From: Balanoglossus misakiensis
Taxonomy: Eukaryota > Animalia > Hemichordata
Reading direction: 5' to 3'
DNA length: 64,000 nt
NCBI GenBank assembly: GCA_040954595.2
Contig: CM082587.2
Span: 9,677,403 to 9,741,402 of the forward strand
A program made the translations under genes and the position numbers. The notes below the pieces were generated by a model. The model ran no database searches, was not told the origin of the DNA, and saw only the letters and a list, made by a program, of their open reading frames with translations. Of this stretch, positions 51,039 through 62,228 are shown in pieces (the stretch's first letter is position 1; each line of letters begins with the position of its first letter).

Positions 51039-54000
51039 TTTTCATTGTAAACCTGTCAACTGCAGATATTCCAGGTTCATCCATTGACAGAAACCATTCT
51101 CTCACAAGTTTACAATGGCTGGCAGAGGATGTGTACCCTTTCTTTTCCAACTCATCCTGGACTTCTTCAGAAAACATAATGAGTGCAAAATCAGTACACT
51201 GCATATCCAGACTTTCTTCAACCATACCAAGTTTCAGCTGTGTAGTGTTGTCTGCTGCTACTTCTAAGAAGTGCCTCTTTTTTGCTTGCCCAAGGTCCCT
51301 CTTGCACAAAGCAGATCTATGCCTGGTCAACAAGTGATGAGGGTCTATTTTCCTAACTAAAAGTTCATCCCGTTTTGTGGAATATTCTGGTATGTAGAAC
51401 CAATTTATCCCAGAGTGTTCATTTAATTCAGGAATATCCATGTTGTGCTTGATTTTGGACTCACGTTTCCACTTTTCCACTCTTTCTTGAAATTTCCAAT
51501 TAGCATAAGAAACAGAAAGAGCGTTCTTTGCGTAGCCTTTGCTATTCAAAATATTCAGGCACAAAACTGACAGTTTATGGGGTGACTTTGAACTTCTTGA
51601 AGTGCTGACTTCACCAGGGATATGGAGAACATTCTTCAAGCACCTGAGAAGAGCTTCCTTGCGACCAGCCATTGTGACATTTTGGTGTTTATGTTCCTTC
51701 AGGTATTTTAATATTACTTTCAATTCCAAAACCGTAAGCCTGGAAAGACTTTCGCAGCTTTGCAGTTGTTGTCCTATATCATTGATACCCTTATTATTCC
51801 ATTTCGTTGTTTGATCTTTCAGCAATGTTAAAATATTGTGAATATCATTTTCATGTAGTACAGAGTTAATCTCATCAGAATGCAAATCCAAGTCAATTTC
51901 TGTCGATGTAACTCTTTCTTCTCTTTCATCTTCTGATGCATCACTGTTACTTGAACTACTGTTCCGTCCTTCATTGTTGGTGTCTTCATCTTCATCGAGA
52001 TCTATGTTAACCAAATTCCTTTCAACCACTTCTTCCTGTTGTTTTTGTTGCTGTTGATTTTCATTGTCCATTAATGTCTCATCCTCCAGTGAAATAACAC
52101 ATTCTGGAAGCTCTGCCATTAATTGCTGAACCAGCTGCCTATCAGGCTCTTCTATTTGTTGTGACACTTCTTTGTGATCATTGCTGTTTAAAAGAGCAAC
52201 TACTGTCTGTGGAACCTTGACACTTTCACGGTGACCAAGTGTAATAGTAATTACACCACCCACATTTACAGTTTTCTTGATGATATCTTCCATCTTTGCT
52301 ACTTTATTGACATTTCTTATTTCTGAGATAATTTGATTCTTTGGCATCTGACATACCTCCTTCCAGAACATCCTCTGCAATTCCATAAGAGTTAAAGGCT
52401 GTCCATCCTTGCTGGTTTGCAACAAAGGTAAACACTGGCCGTCAAAGCTCTGCACAGGACAGTGAATTCCTCTGCTATGGCAGTAATCCAGAACATCTTC
52501 TAATATACCTCTAACAACACTGGTTGGTAAACTGTAACCCCTCAGAAAATAGCAAACAGGTGTCCCATGTGTCAGTTCAGCAGACCATAATCTGTCCGTG
52601 TTGCTGGCGACAAGTGCTACAACTTCAGTAGCTTTCTTCCTTGATAATTGGTAGTGCTGCTTCATGTAGTAGATAACTTCATTCAAAATGTCACCAAGTT
52701 GTGATAATGGAAGCTCTTGCATCTTGGGAGGTGAATTTGTAACAAAGCTGTTGTGTATCTCATTTGATGTGTATGGATTAGGATTATCTTCAGATATTGT
52801 AACAATCCTGTCTTCAAATAAACATGCGTGTACTGATGTCAATTCACCAACAACTTTGCAATACTTTGGAATATTGGTTCCGACCATTTCTTTAATAGCC
52901 TTTGCTGTGGTAGAAAGCTTGCTTGGACATCTTGTCACTTCTCTACCATAAATATCATTGAGCTCCTTCTCAATGAGAGGCCAGATTTCATCATCTTTTT
53001 CTACCCTGAATGCCTTGGTTGTTTCTTCTGTCCATACACAAAATAAACACCACTGAATGTTTGGCTTACTCCTTATTTCTGATTGTACTTGTAAGTAGTA
53101 GCGTTTTGGAATGGTATCTGGTATTTTACCACTTTTTGGGCATTTACACTCCACAGCAGCTATGTCTTCATGGCTGATGTTACAATGAAGGAATCCATCC
53201 GGTGAAATAACCATGTCAACATTCCCAACTGTCAGCTTGAAAGCACCAACTTCCAACAGACAACAATTTGGAAACAGTGCAGGTAAAAACTTGGTTGCCA
53301 ATGTAGCCAATGAGCATATTTCATGCTTGGTACCCCAATCCATAGCTTCCTGAGTAGACTTGTCAGGTGGTGGCTTTTCAAATCCAAGCACTTTTTGCTG
53401 ATAATGCTCCCTTTGAGCTTTTAAGCCCGCACAGCCAACAGCATTAAATAGTGTGCTTGCAGTAGCTTTCACATCTTTACGTGCCTGAAACCATAATGAA
53501 GATCTCTGCTTGATGTATGGGAGTCCTTTGTTGATTACAGACTGGGCAAAGTTCTCAAGATGTTCTTCGCCACTACCAAGAAAGAGATCTATATCATGCA
53601 AAGCATGGTACCTGCTGCATTCTTCAATGCGAACTATTGGCAATGATACCCAATGAGCTGGGTCACTAACCAATGCAGCACAGGCTTCTGCAATACGCTC
53701 TCTGAGCTGGTCACCAATGGCATTAAGTTCTTTGAGTTCCACTATGTTTGCTGTCACTACACTTATTGGGTATTGGTACTTTGGTGATCCAGCGTCAACT
53801 GCTGCACGAGCTCTTAGCTTTTCCAATGCGTAACTCTTCTTCTCAAGTGTGTTTCTTGTTTCAGACTTCTTCACTGAAAGTGTCGTCAATACATTCCGAA
53901 GCCTTTCCAATGTTCTGCTTGTATCAATGTTATACGAGCATGATCCTGTATCAGTGCACACCTGCTTCTTGATGGATTTCACATACTGTACTTCTTCTAA

Positions 54001-55870
54001 ATGAACTTGTTTTTTTACTTCTGGTGACACACTACCAATTTCATTCTCTCTGCCAAGGAGATTTATGTCCCCTTTATCACCTTTCACACCAGGTGAAACC
54101 TTCTTTCCATCAAGTGAAATGCAAATACTGGTATCTTGATGCGCAACTGCAAGTTTGTTGACAATGTTCACACATATCCCAGGTGGAATACTTTTCGGCC
54201 ACTCACCATTATAAGGATCAAATGATTTCAAAACATCCTCATTTGGGATTGCAAGGATAATATCTGCTTCATCTCCTGAAAAACTGCCTTTCTCTCCTTT
54301 ATTCAGTAGAACTGTCCCTGCATGCTTCCATCCAGACAGAAAACGAAGGGGAGCTCCACCAAACTTATTTATAAATGTCTTCCAGAAAATTTTACTCTTG
54401 TGACTGAATCTCATTTCTGTCAGAGAAGATGAATTAAGTGCCTTCACTGTATCCAAAAATATGTGATATGTTACACTGTCTGGTTTGAGTGATCCATTAC
54501 CAATGCACAGTAGAAGTTCTTTAAGTAAGTTTCCTTCTTCAAACTCACTCAGAATACTGAAACAAAGGTCAATCAAATTACTCATAGCAGAGTCCTGTCT
54601 GTTTGTGATATTTTCAGACTCCACACTACCTCTCCCAATCGAATCATCATCAGGCAAGTTTGAAGTTGATATGTCTTGTGAAGGACCAACACCATTTTCT
54701 CTAGCATCAGTAGTTGCAGATGATGGGTGTACACCAGACGCAACTTCTGTTTGTTCTGGCATCTTATTGTTTACATCTTCAGGTGACTGAAAACTTTTAC
54801 AGGCTGGTATACTAAGGATGGAACCACCACAGCCACACACATCACATATTTCGCACGCTATGAGTAATGAATGGTGACATGGACTCGCTGTGCTCTTATT
54901 TGGATGTTTAAGTCTGTTGGTCGTTCCACAATTTGAACAAAGTATGCCATAAACCTCATCAGAACCAATCAAAATGTCAGATATCTTGATACTAGTATGA
55001 CATGTCATACACACCAGTTCATCATGACTTGTATCCTCATCAAAGGGAGCTGTCCGTTCCTCGGGAATCACTGCAATTTCTTTTGGTGACACTGGATAAA
55101 TACATCTACTTCGATACTTCACAGGTGTACTATGACACAATGGTTTTGATACCTCCTCCTCCTCCTCTTCATGGTTAAAATCTATATAAAAAATGTATGC
55201 AATTGTCAAAGCAAAATATAACAAATCAATCCTGCGGATTCCAACAGGTCACTTTAAAATTTTTCAGTTTTCTACAACATCATAAACTGTACATGATAGA
55301 ATGGTGATAGTACACCATGGACACTCAAAGAAATTGTATTTTCTTCCTGTGTCTGCTATAGGAGGAAATAACTCATTTCCCACTCAAAACTACCCAAAGT
55401 TAACCCTTTCACCACCATGGTTCAGTCCAAGCCCATTGTTTTCTATGGTAAGGTTGAACCACTATTAAAGGGAAGTGGGGGTGAAAGGCTTAAATAACCG
55501 CAGTATGATATCTTTGCATTTACACTTTACAAGTAACTCTTTTAAACTTACCACTGTATGTGTCAGTCCTTTTTCTCCTTTTATGTCTGTCTAATGATAA
55601 AAAGAGTTTTGATTTCCGTTTTCTACATGGCCTGTTTTCTGGTGTTTCTACATTAAAAAAGTAAATGATGTAATTATAAAACTTCAGAAAACATTCAAAA
55701 TTGATTTTAAAACAAAAAAATATATTCTACCAAAAAGGAAAGTTTGGGGCTAAATCGTACAGTATAACAATAATGAAAGAAAAAAAATGTTGCCGGTTTC
55801 AATGTGAGTTGAATTGGTAGAAAAATGCAAATGAACCGATTTTACTTATTTATTCAACAAGCAAACTTAA

Positions 55871-56535
55871 CCATATTTGTAAACAAACAAACAAACAAAC
55901 AAACAAACACACACACATACATACATACACACACACACACATACATACATACATACTACAAACAAGGAGGAAGAGCTGCCTGTGGTATTGCTGCAGTTTG
56001 CAGCCCCTCCATCTCCCCTGGGCGATTTTTGGTTTTCGCCCAGGGGAGATGGAGGGGCTGCAGACTGCAGCAACCTGTGGTATTGCCAGGGATCGCATGG
56101 TATAAACACACTGGCGTGTACTTGTACTATATACACAGTGTACTTCGGATTGCCCGGTAAAAGAGCTGGGACGCGGATTTCTCTGTAATTTCGAAACACT
56201 GAACAGTGAAACTTTACAAAGCTAAGCATCTTGGTCAGTTACACTGTACGCGATATATTTTGTGACAAAAATCGTCATAAATATATAGAAATCACAGAAA
56301 ATACTCACCATCGCCGATCTTTCCACTTTGGTCGGCCATCTTGTTTGCGCCCTCAATGGTGGAAATTGCGTGAAACCACTTTCTGAACGCCGCGTTTCTG
56401 GTCTGAATTACGGGACTTGAGTTCTGGACTACAGATTTTGGGTTCCGAATGACGGGAAAATAGTTCTGACCGACCGGGTTGGGGAGCAAGACGACCGATT
56501 TCTTTCTCTGAACTACAATTTCTTAGGTACCCCTG
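55871..56535 (-). repeat. Right long TIR (contains exon 1 of the transposase gene)
   Basis: Inverted copy of 38180-38751; the ATG lies 196 nt from the terminus in both TIRs (38376 and 56339). Confidence 0.93.
55988..56073. mobile_element. 86-bp palindromic mini-insertion (micro-MITE) in the right TIR
   Basis: ~38-bp arms TTGCTGCAGTTTGCAGCCCCTCCATCTCCCCTGGGCGA / TCGCCCAGGGGAGATGGAGGGGCTGCAGACTGCAGCAA, flanked by a CCTGTGGTA duplication (55979-55987 and 56074-56082). Absent from the left TIR, which has a single copy of the target. Confidence 0.85.
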
Positions 56536-56639
56536 ATAATGTCTGCTCCTAATTCTGCAAAATGTGTCATACTAAAATGTTATCATTAGTGACACTATGA
56601 CTAATAATAAAATATCATACTCTCCCCTTATGTATTTCA

Positions 56640-57792
56640 GGTCCGTGGCTAATTGCGGCCAAGTGAAACGCCTATCTGTAATCCAGACCAACCGATTCCT
56701 TATTTGACGTTGTTTCCGTCTGTTTCGAATACCGAACCACTATTACGTATTCACTTTCTAAAATGTCGAGTGAATCTACAAGTTGTCATTTGGGAGTTGA
56801 TATTGTATTTCTTTTTTCGATTTTCGAAAATTGAATTACAAACAGGGTTTCACAGTTCTACCAATCGTGTGTTCTTTTACTGGAAAGTTAGGGAGCTAGC
56901 TATTAACCATTGCTACATTGTTACATTTTGTTCTGTTTTGAGGGAAAACACCCGTTCTTTTTGGCCCAATACATCTTCAACCAAAAACATTGACGACGCA
57001 TCAACACATTTCCCGACAGCATGTTCAGTTGAACCACTGTAACCGGCGTTTTTAGTTCATAAATTTCATCGCATACACGGATGCAGATCGACATTTTCCG
57101 TTCAATTCAGTGCACGTAACCTTGAATGCCAGTACACTAGCCTTGCCATGCGAACTAAAACAAGTTTGCTTGAACTTCTACAACTAATTAAATATTAATG
57201 AAAAGTAAAACAATTAACTAATGAGATACCGGGACATAATTCAAGAAACGCCTATGCCTGATTTATGTAAATTGTGCTGCTTTCATAGCGTGGGAACGTC
57301 CACTTCTTCACTAATACATGTCCCAAATATAGCAATGTGTAAATTTACGGTTAAGGAGATATCGTTGAATATTCATAAAAAGAAAACATTAAGCCAATGG
57401 GATTTTAGAATGTAGAGTGAAGGGAGTGTCTATGACCTTCATGACATTGATGTATTGATCTTTATTGTCAGAAGGGTCATGGAACGTCCCTTAAAACGTA
57501 GCAAAATGTAACAATGTAGCAAGGGTTAATGGCCAGCTCCCTAACTTTCCAGTAAAAGAACACAGGATTGGTAGAACTGTGAAACCCTGTTTGTAATTCA
57601 ATTTTCGAAAATCGAAAAACGAAATACAACATCAACACCCAAATGCCAACTTGTAGATTCACTCGACATTTTAGAAAGTGAATACATTATAGTGGTTCGG
57701 TATTCGAAACAGACGGAAACAACGTCAAATAAGGAATCGGTTGGTCTGGATTACAGATAGGCGTTTCACTTGGCCGCAATTAGCCACGGACC
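56640..57792. mobile_element. Non-autonomous TIR element, ~300-bp TIRs, 6-bp TSD
   Basis: GGTCCGTGGCTAATTGCGGCC... / ...GGCCGCAATTAGCCACGGACC; ATTTCA duplicated at 56634-56639 and 57793-57798. Confidence 0.92.
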
Positions 57793-57799
57793 ATTTCAG

Positions 57800-58190
57800 A
57801 TGTTAATGAAATGATATTCCCATCCCTATCTTTGTACTGGTACTAAGCTATAAGTAAACTGTTACACTTATCCCAAGCATAGTACTGGTATTATAACTGG
57901 TAGTCCAATGCCATGCCCATCCCCTTGCTGTGTTAATTGATAATAAAGTGTCATACCCTCCCCTTGTTCTGTACTGTTGCTGTTAATAAAATGTTATGAC
58001 AATCCCTCATTGTACTACATGTAATACTTAACTGTAAGTACAATATCATGCACATCCCCTGCTTTTTAGTAAAATGCCATGCCTTCCCCTAGTTCTGTAC
58101 TATAACTGTTAGTCAAATGTCATGTCCAACACTCACTTTGTACTATAAGTTACCAATAATAAAAATGTCATGCCCTCCCTGCTTCTCTAT
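57800..58190. repeat. Degenerate ~42-bp minisatellite
   Basis: Recurring AAATGTCATGCCCTCCC...TGTACTATAACTGTTA-like units; a related unit lies left of the MITE at ~56590-56635. Confidence 0.6.
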
Positions 58191-58403
58191 ACAGTCTGAT
58201 CTCAGCCTATTAAAATTCGCCTAAACCTTACAACAGAGAGCCTCGTTTCCACTTCTATCCAATATGGCGGCCTACCGAAAACTTGAAACCTGCATGCTGG
58301 CATGAAAAGAGGTGTACACGCTTTAATTTTGGATGACAAGGTTCGTTTTCCATCAATTATTGTCTAAATGGATGTTATCTTACGCTTCATGACGCTCGTT
58401 TTA

Positions 58404-59598
58404 GGCCAAAAAAAAAAGAGTTTTGTTTAGCGTCCTCGCGCGCGTCACTTTTAAACATGCGCGTCGAGGCTTTTTTTTCGTATTTTTCGAACCCGGAAAT
58501 CAAGTTTGCCAGTGTTTTCTCCAGGACGCGCGATCGCGCGATTCCCCCTCTTTTACACTTGAAGCGCCCCTTGTAACAAGTTCAGGGGGCGACAATCGCC
58601 CCTTCGTGAGCAGCCCACCCGGCCAGTACATGCGCGTCCAAGCCTCCATAGCACGCACCGTCAGTCAAAACACTGGGAAAACGGCCGATATTACTGCGTG
58701 CTGGCCTATACATTTTAACTTCCCACCCCCCAAAACTATGTTGTATATGACTTTCACATTCATTTACGTGTAATTTAGCTCCAGGGCTATAGTGTGCAAT
58801 TGTTGGAACAGCCTATCTGGATGCCGTCTAAATTTAGAGCACACACTCTGCACTCGTACTCAAGTGAACTTGTTGTTATGGTGACTTTTGAAATTGGGTT
58901 GGCAGAACGTAACAATTTTATGCAAATTAAAGAAACTGCGTTCCTGCCATGGCGATTATCAAGAATGTATCAGTTTTCCATGACCTTGTTTTCTTAGTTA
59001 GGAAGGAAAGTCATTCAATAAGTACACAGACTGTTTATTTGAGTAGTGTGCCTAGCCACAGATGGGGAAGTGTAGGCAGAAACTAATATTTTGGCAGCTA
59101 TAAAACTGAAACTTTTAAAATCAAACAAGAAGTCTTTTTCTCAGGTATAGTATTAAAGAAAGACACTATTGTTTTTGCAGTTGCATTTATTTTATTCATT
59201 TCACTCTACTTGCCAGGGGAGCAGTTAATCAGTCACTCTCCTACCACTTGTGTAATTAATGTCAGGAGAGTTATTTTTCAGCTCTCCAGCATTTTTTAAA
59301 TTACATGCCCTGAAAGTTATGCAAGCTGATGTCTTCCTCTGCAAAATCTACTAATTTAAAGTAGAAAAAACTGTAACTGTTAATATGTTGTCAAGTTCAC
59401 ATGTAAAATGTTGTAATTTACTTATGCTGTTTTTAATATGGAATGAAGGCAGTTTAGTAAGTTAACGTTCAAAATTGTCATTCCTTGATGTTTACCTAAT
59501 TAACATAAATTATGCAAATCATGATTCCCCCCTACTTTGACCAAATCCCCCCTTAATTTTGGACTATCAAAGAAATATTTGCTGTTCTTGTTTCGCAG

Positions 59599-59629
<31 letters not shown>

Positions 59630-59698
59630 AGCCGCGTCACTGCATCAATTTTGAGATTTTGCTTGGACGCTAAACAAAACTCTTTTTTTTTTTTGGCC
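58404..59698. mobile_element. Non-autonomous DNA transposon with TTA TSD (Zator- or PIF/Harbinger-like)
   Basis: TIR GGCC(A)nGAGTTTTGTTTAGCGTCC / GGACGCTAAACAAAACTC(T)nGGCC; TTA at 58401-58403 and 59699-59701. Confidence 0.85.
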
Positions 59699-59709
59699 TT
59701 AGCTGTAAT

Positions 59710-60563
59710 CACGGTTACTAGAAGAAGACGGTTAGGAAACTATTTTTTCTCCATTGTTAGATGCTCGCCTCGGTAAACACTTAGTGTAAACGAAAGATAT
59801 CAGGTGCTAACGAACCTGGCCATACGAATAAACAGACAGAATAACTGACCGCTCGGTCAAAATGACGTCATTACCCCTACAATCCAAAGCAAACCATACT
59901 CATGTTTACGGAATTGCTTGCACGCACAGTACGTATACCACCAGATTTGAGGAAAACAGCACAGAGAGTGGATAATTTATAAAGTCACAGCACATTTATG
60001 ACAATTTTGAACTTTCAAGGACATGATGAAGCCATACATTCTTTGTCTTGACTGTGCCCTAGAGATTCGATGCGAACCAAAACAAACAAGATGGCCGCCA
60101 AAGGCTATATCAATAATGTTAACGACTGTATCGAAATGGGTATGCAATCTCAACGAAATATTCCAATTGGAATAAACGAAATAGCCCATGCAGTACAAAA
60201 AGGTGTAAAATATCTAAATATATTTAAAAAAAACAGAAATGCGACCATCAGGGTTGAATTCTAGGGGTTCAAAATTCGACGCTATTTGAGTCCGGACTTT
60301 TAGTTAACCACCCAAGAAACAATGGTAGAGTGTCGCAAGCCCAACAGACTATGACCGTGCACTCCATAAGCCTATATGGAACTCGTACAAAAAAAAAGTG
60401 GCGCTGTACTCTGACGAAAAAGGGCAGATGAAGGGGTTCAAAAATTAACACGTTCCCCAATACAACCCCACATAGCGGTTCGGACATGTACTCTCCTAGC
60501 TAACACCTCGTTCACACCTTCCGAACAATAGAGTTTCCTAACCGTCTTCTTCTAGTAACCGTG
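59710..60563. mobile_element. P-superfamily-like MITE, 7-bp TSD
   Basis: ~32-bp TIR CACGGTTACTAGAAGAAGACGGTTAGGAAACT; CTGTAAT duplicated at 59703-59709 and 60564-60570. CANRG terminus and 7-bp TSD fit P elements. Confidence 0.88.
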
Positions 60564-61900
60564 CTGTAATAAATTATTTTGAAACCCTGCATACTGGCGA
60601 TGTGGCAGTGACTCGATCGTACGATGTTATGCATGTGAATGCTAATGTTTGAGAAGCGATACAGAAATTAGAGGGTCTTGAGCAGAGGCGTAAATACGGT
60701 TTTTCACAGGGTCTATGTATTAGCTATAACTGTGCCAAGTTTGGTTTGCCTACGGTGAAGCACATTGACGCGGGGCAGTGTTGAATGTGACCTCTCAAGC
60801 AACATACTATATGTATAGGACCTCCGTAAGGGTGTTTCGATTGCGTAACACGGAAACTCGGCAGATCAAATCACAGTCCCCGGGAGTCTGCCGGGACTTT
60901 ACACTGAACATAACATTGCAGATGAGTTATGAGACAATCAATGCTCGATAACAGCCTAGGTTTTGACAATGGATATTCGTGTGTTTTAGAGATTAACCCG
61001 GATAAGTGGCGGTCTGCATAGACAGTATGTACATAGTATGCATAGTGGTGACTGTGAGGTTAATCTGACAATGAAATTATGGTTACTACAACAGACTACA
61101 CTGGTCCAACTCTCCTTTTTCTGACATTGATTGGTAATTTGGCAATTTTTAAAAACATTTTTTTTTGTTCTTTTTGATTATTTCAAATTTAAGAATTTTA
61201 TGTATATTTTTTCAATCAATAAAATTATTGCCAGCCTTATTATTCAAAACCTAATCACGTAGCGATAATATTCCGCCAGGTGTTATCTCATTAATATTCA
61301 TAAGAATGACAAAGGTATAAAAGAAGAACAGGGCAAAAGACTCTGTGTCATTTCCTCGCACAGTCAGGGCAGTCTCCACCGGTATAGAACATGGCTTCGA
61401 GACAAGACGTAGCTGCTCAGAAAACCACTTCCAACGTAGCTGTAGACACTGCCTCACGAAGTTCGGCAGCCCAGCAGCCAATTCAGGGAACGGCCACTGA
61501 TTCTGATATCGCACAAGCTTTTGTGGACGCCCATCGTCCTGGTAGACCTGCCTGCCAGTGTTTCGACGGGGTCAACTACTGCAAGTACAAGTGGTGAACA
61601 AGCTATTCAGCCTTTGGAAGCCCCTTCGGAGGCTCAAGATAGTCAACATCATGACATACAGGTGCGTTCTCTTTGCAGCCCAGAGTTACTTTTGGTGCAG
61701 GTCGGTTTTATTCCTGGTTGTCTTCGTCGTGGCATTTCTATGAGCTTGGAAACTTCATAGTCTCGTGTAGATGATATTGGTGGTGGCCACCTACAAGTCC
61801 TTTTACTTTGAAGACCTACTTAGTATGCTAATCGTTTTATTTGTCTTTGTGGGCGACCAGGTGTGGGAGACTAGGTAAATGGAGTTAAGGCTTGTATACG

Positions 61901-62061
61901 AAACTTTACGCGAGTCAAGGCGCTAAAGTATGTGAGAATTACACCTTACGCGAGTCAAGGCATAAAGGTATTCATAAAAAAAAACTTTACGCGAGTCAAG
62001 GCGTTAAAGTATGTGAGAATTACACCTTATGCGAGTCAAGGCGTAAAGGTATTCATAAAAA
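61901..62061. repeat. 81-bp tandem duplication with internal TTACGCGAGTCAAGGC subrepeats
   Basis: Two copies starting at 61901 and 61982; the motif occurs 4 times. Confidence 0.85.
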
Positions 62062-62228
62062 TAGCGTCAAGGACTCTGTGGTCCCATTTGAGGATTATGC
62101 GGAAACAGTGACACACCAGAATAAAAATTACAGGTGACATTGCAAGCAGATCTGCAAGCAGCAATATCGGGCCCAAGCCAATATAGCACATAGCAACATA
62201 GCAAATATAGCTGTGAACAGCAATAAGC

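Larger units (their letters stand above)
41597..56339 (-). pseudogene. P-element-like DDE transposase with inserted YqaJ/lambda-exonuclease-like domain and SAP-like motif; disrupted by Gypsy insertion
   Basis: Predicted exons 56339-56309, 55647-55552, 55181-51039 (+42976-42973 beyond the Gypsy), 42732-42424, 42127-42008, and a last exon ending at 41597 (its splice phase unresolved). Motifs: ISLDGKK (D ~54110), KKATEVV..TPVCYF..SFDGQ (D ~52442), IDPHHLL (DxxH ~51344), DMQCTDFALIMFSEEV, TSQPCESLFG (E ~42547); YqaJ motifs QRSSLWFQAR-TAS-WGTKHE-SPDG-ECKCP-YYLQVQ (53510-52960); SAP-like LSRLTVLELKVILK..AGRKEALL. Confidence 0.85.
38180..56535. mobile_element. Large TIR DNA transposon encoding a P-like transposase/YqaJ-exonuclease fusion and a convergent C2H2 zinc-finger gene
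   Basis: Termini CAGGGGTACCTAAG...CTTAGGTACCCCTG; ~570-bp near-identical TIRs; 5-bp TSD ATAAT (38175-38179 and 56536-56540); two convergent spliced genes; nested Gypsy at 42981-51038. Confidence 0.93.

Noticed and set aside
38180-56535. ProtoRAG/Transib or Polinton/viral identity for the large element
   Set aside because: Termini are CAGGG rather than CAC heptamer-like, the partner gene is C2H2 rather than a kelch/PHD RAG2-like gene, and no polB, capsid or ATPase is present; the YqaJ domain is fused within a spliced transposase.
61391-61760. Possible exon or small gene (MASRQDVAAQK...)
   Set aside because: Low-complexity short ORFs with frame breaks, no recognisable domain and no supporting neighbouring exons.
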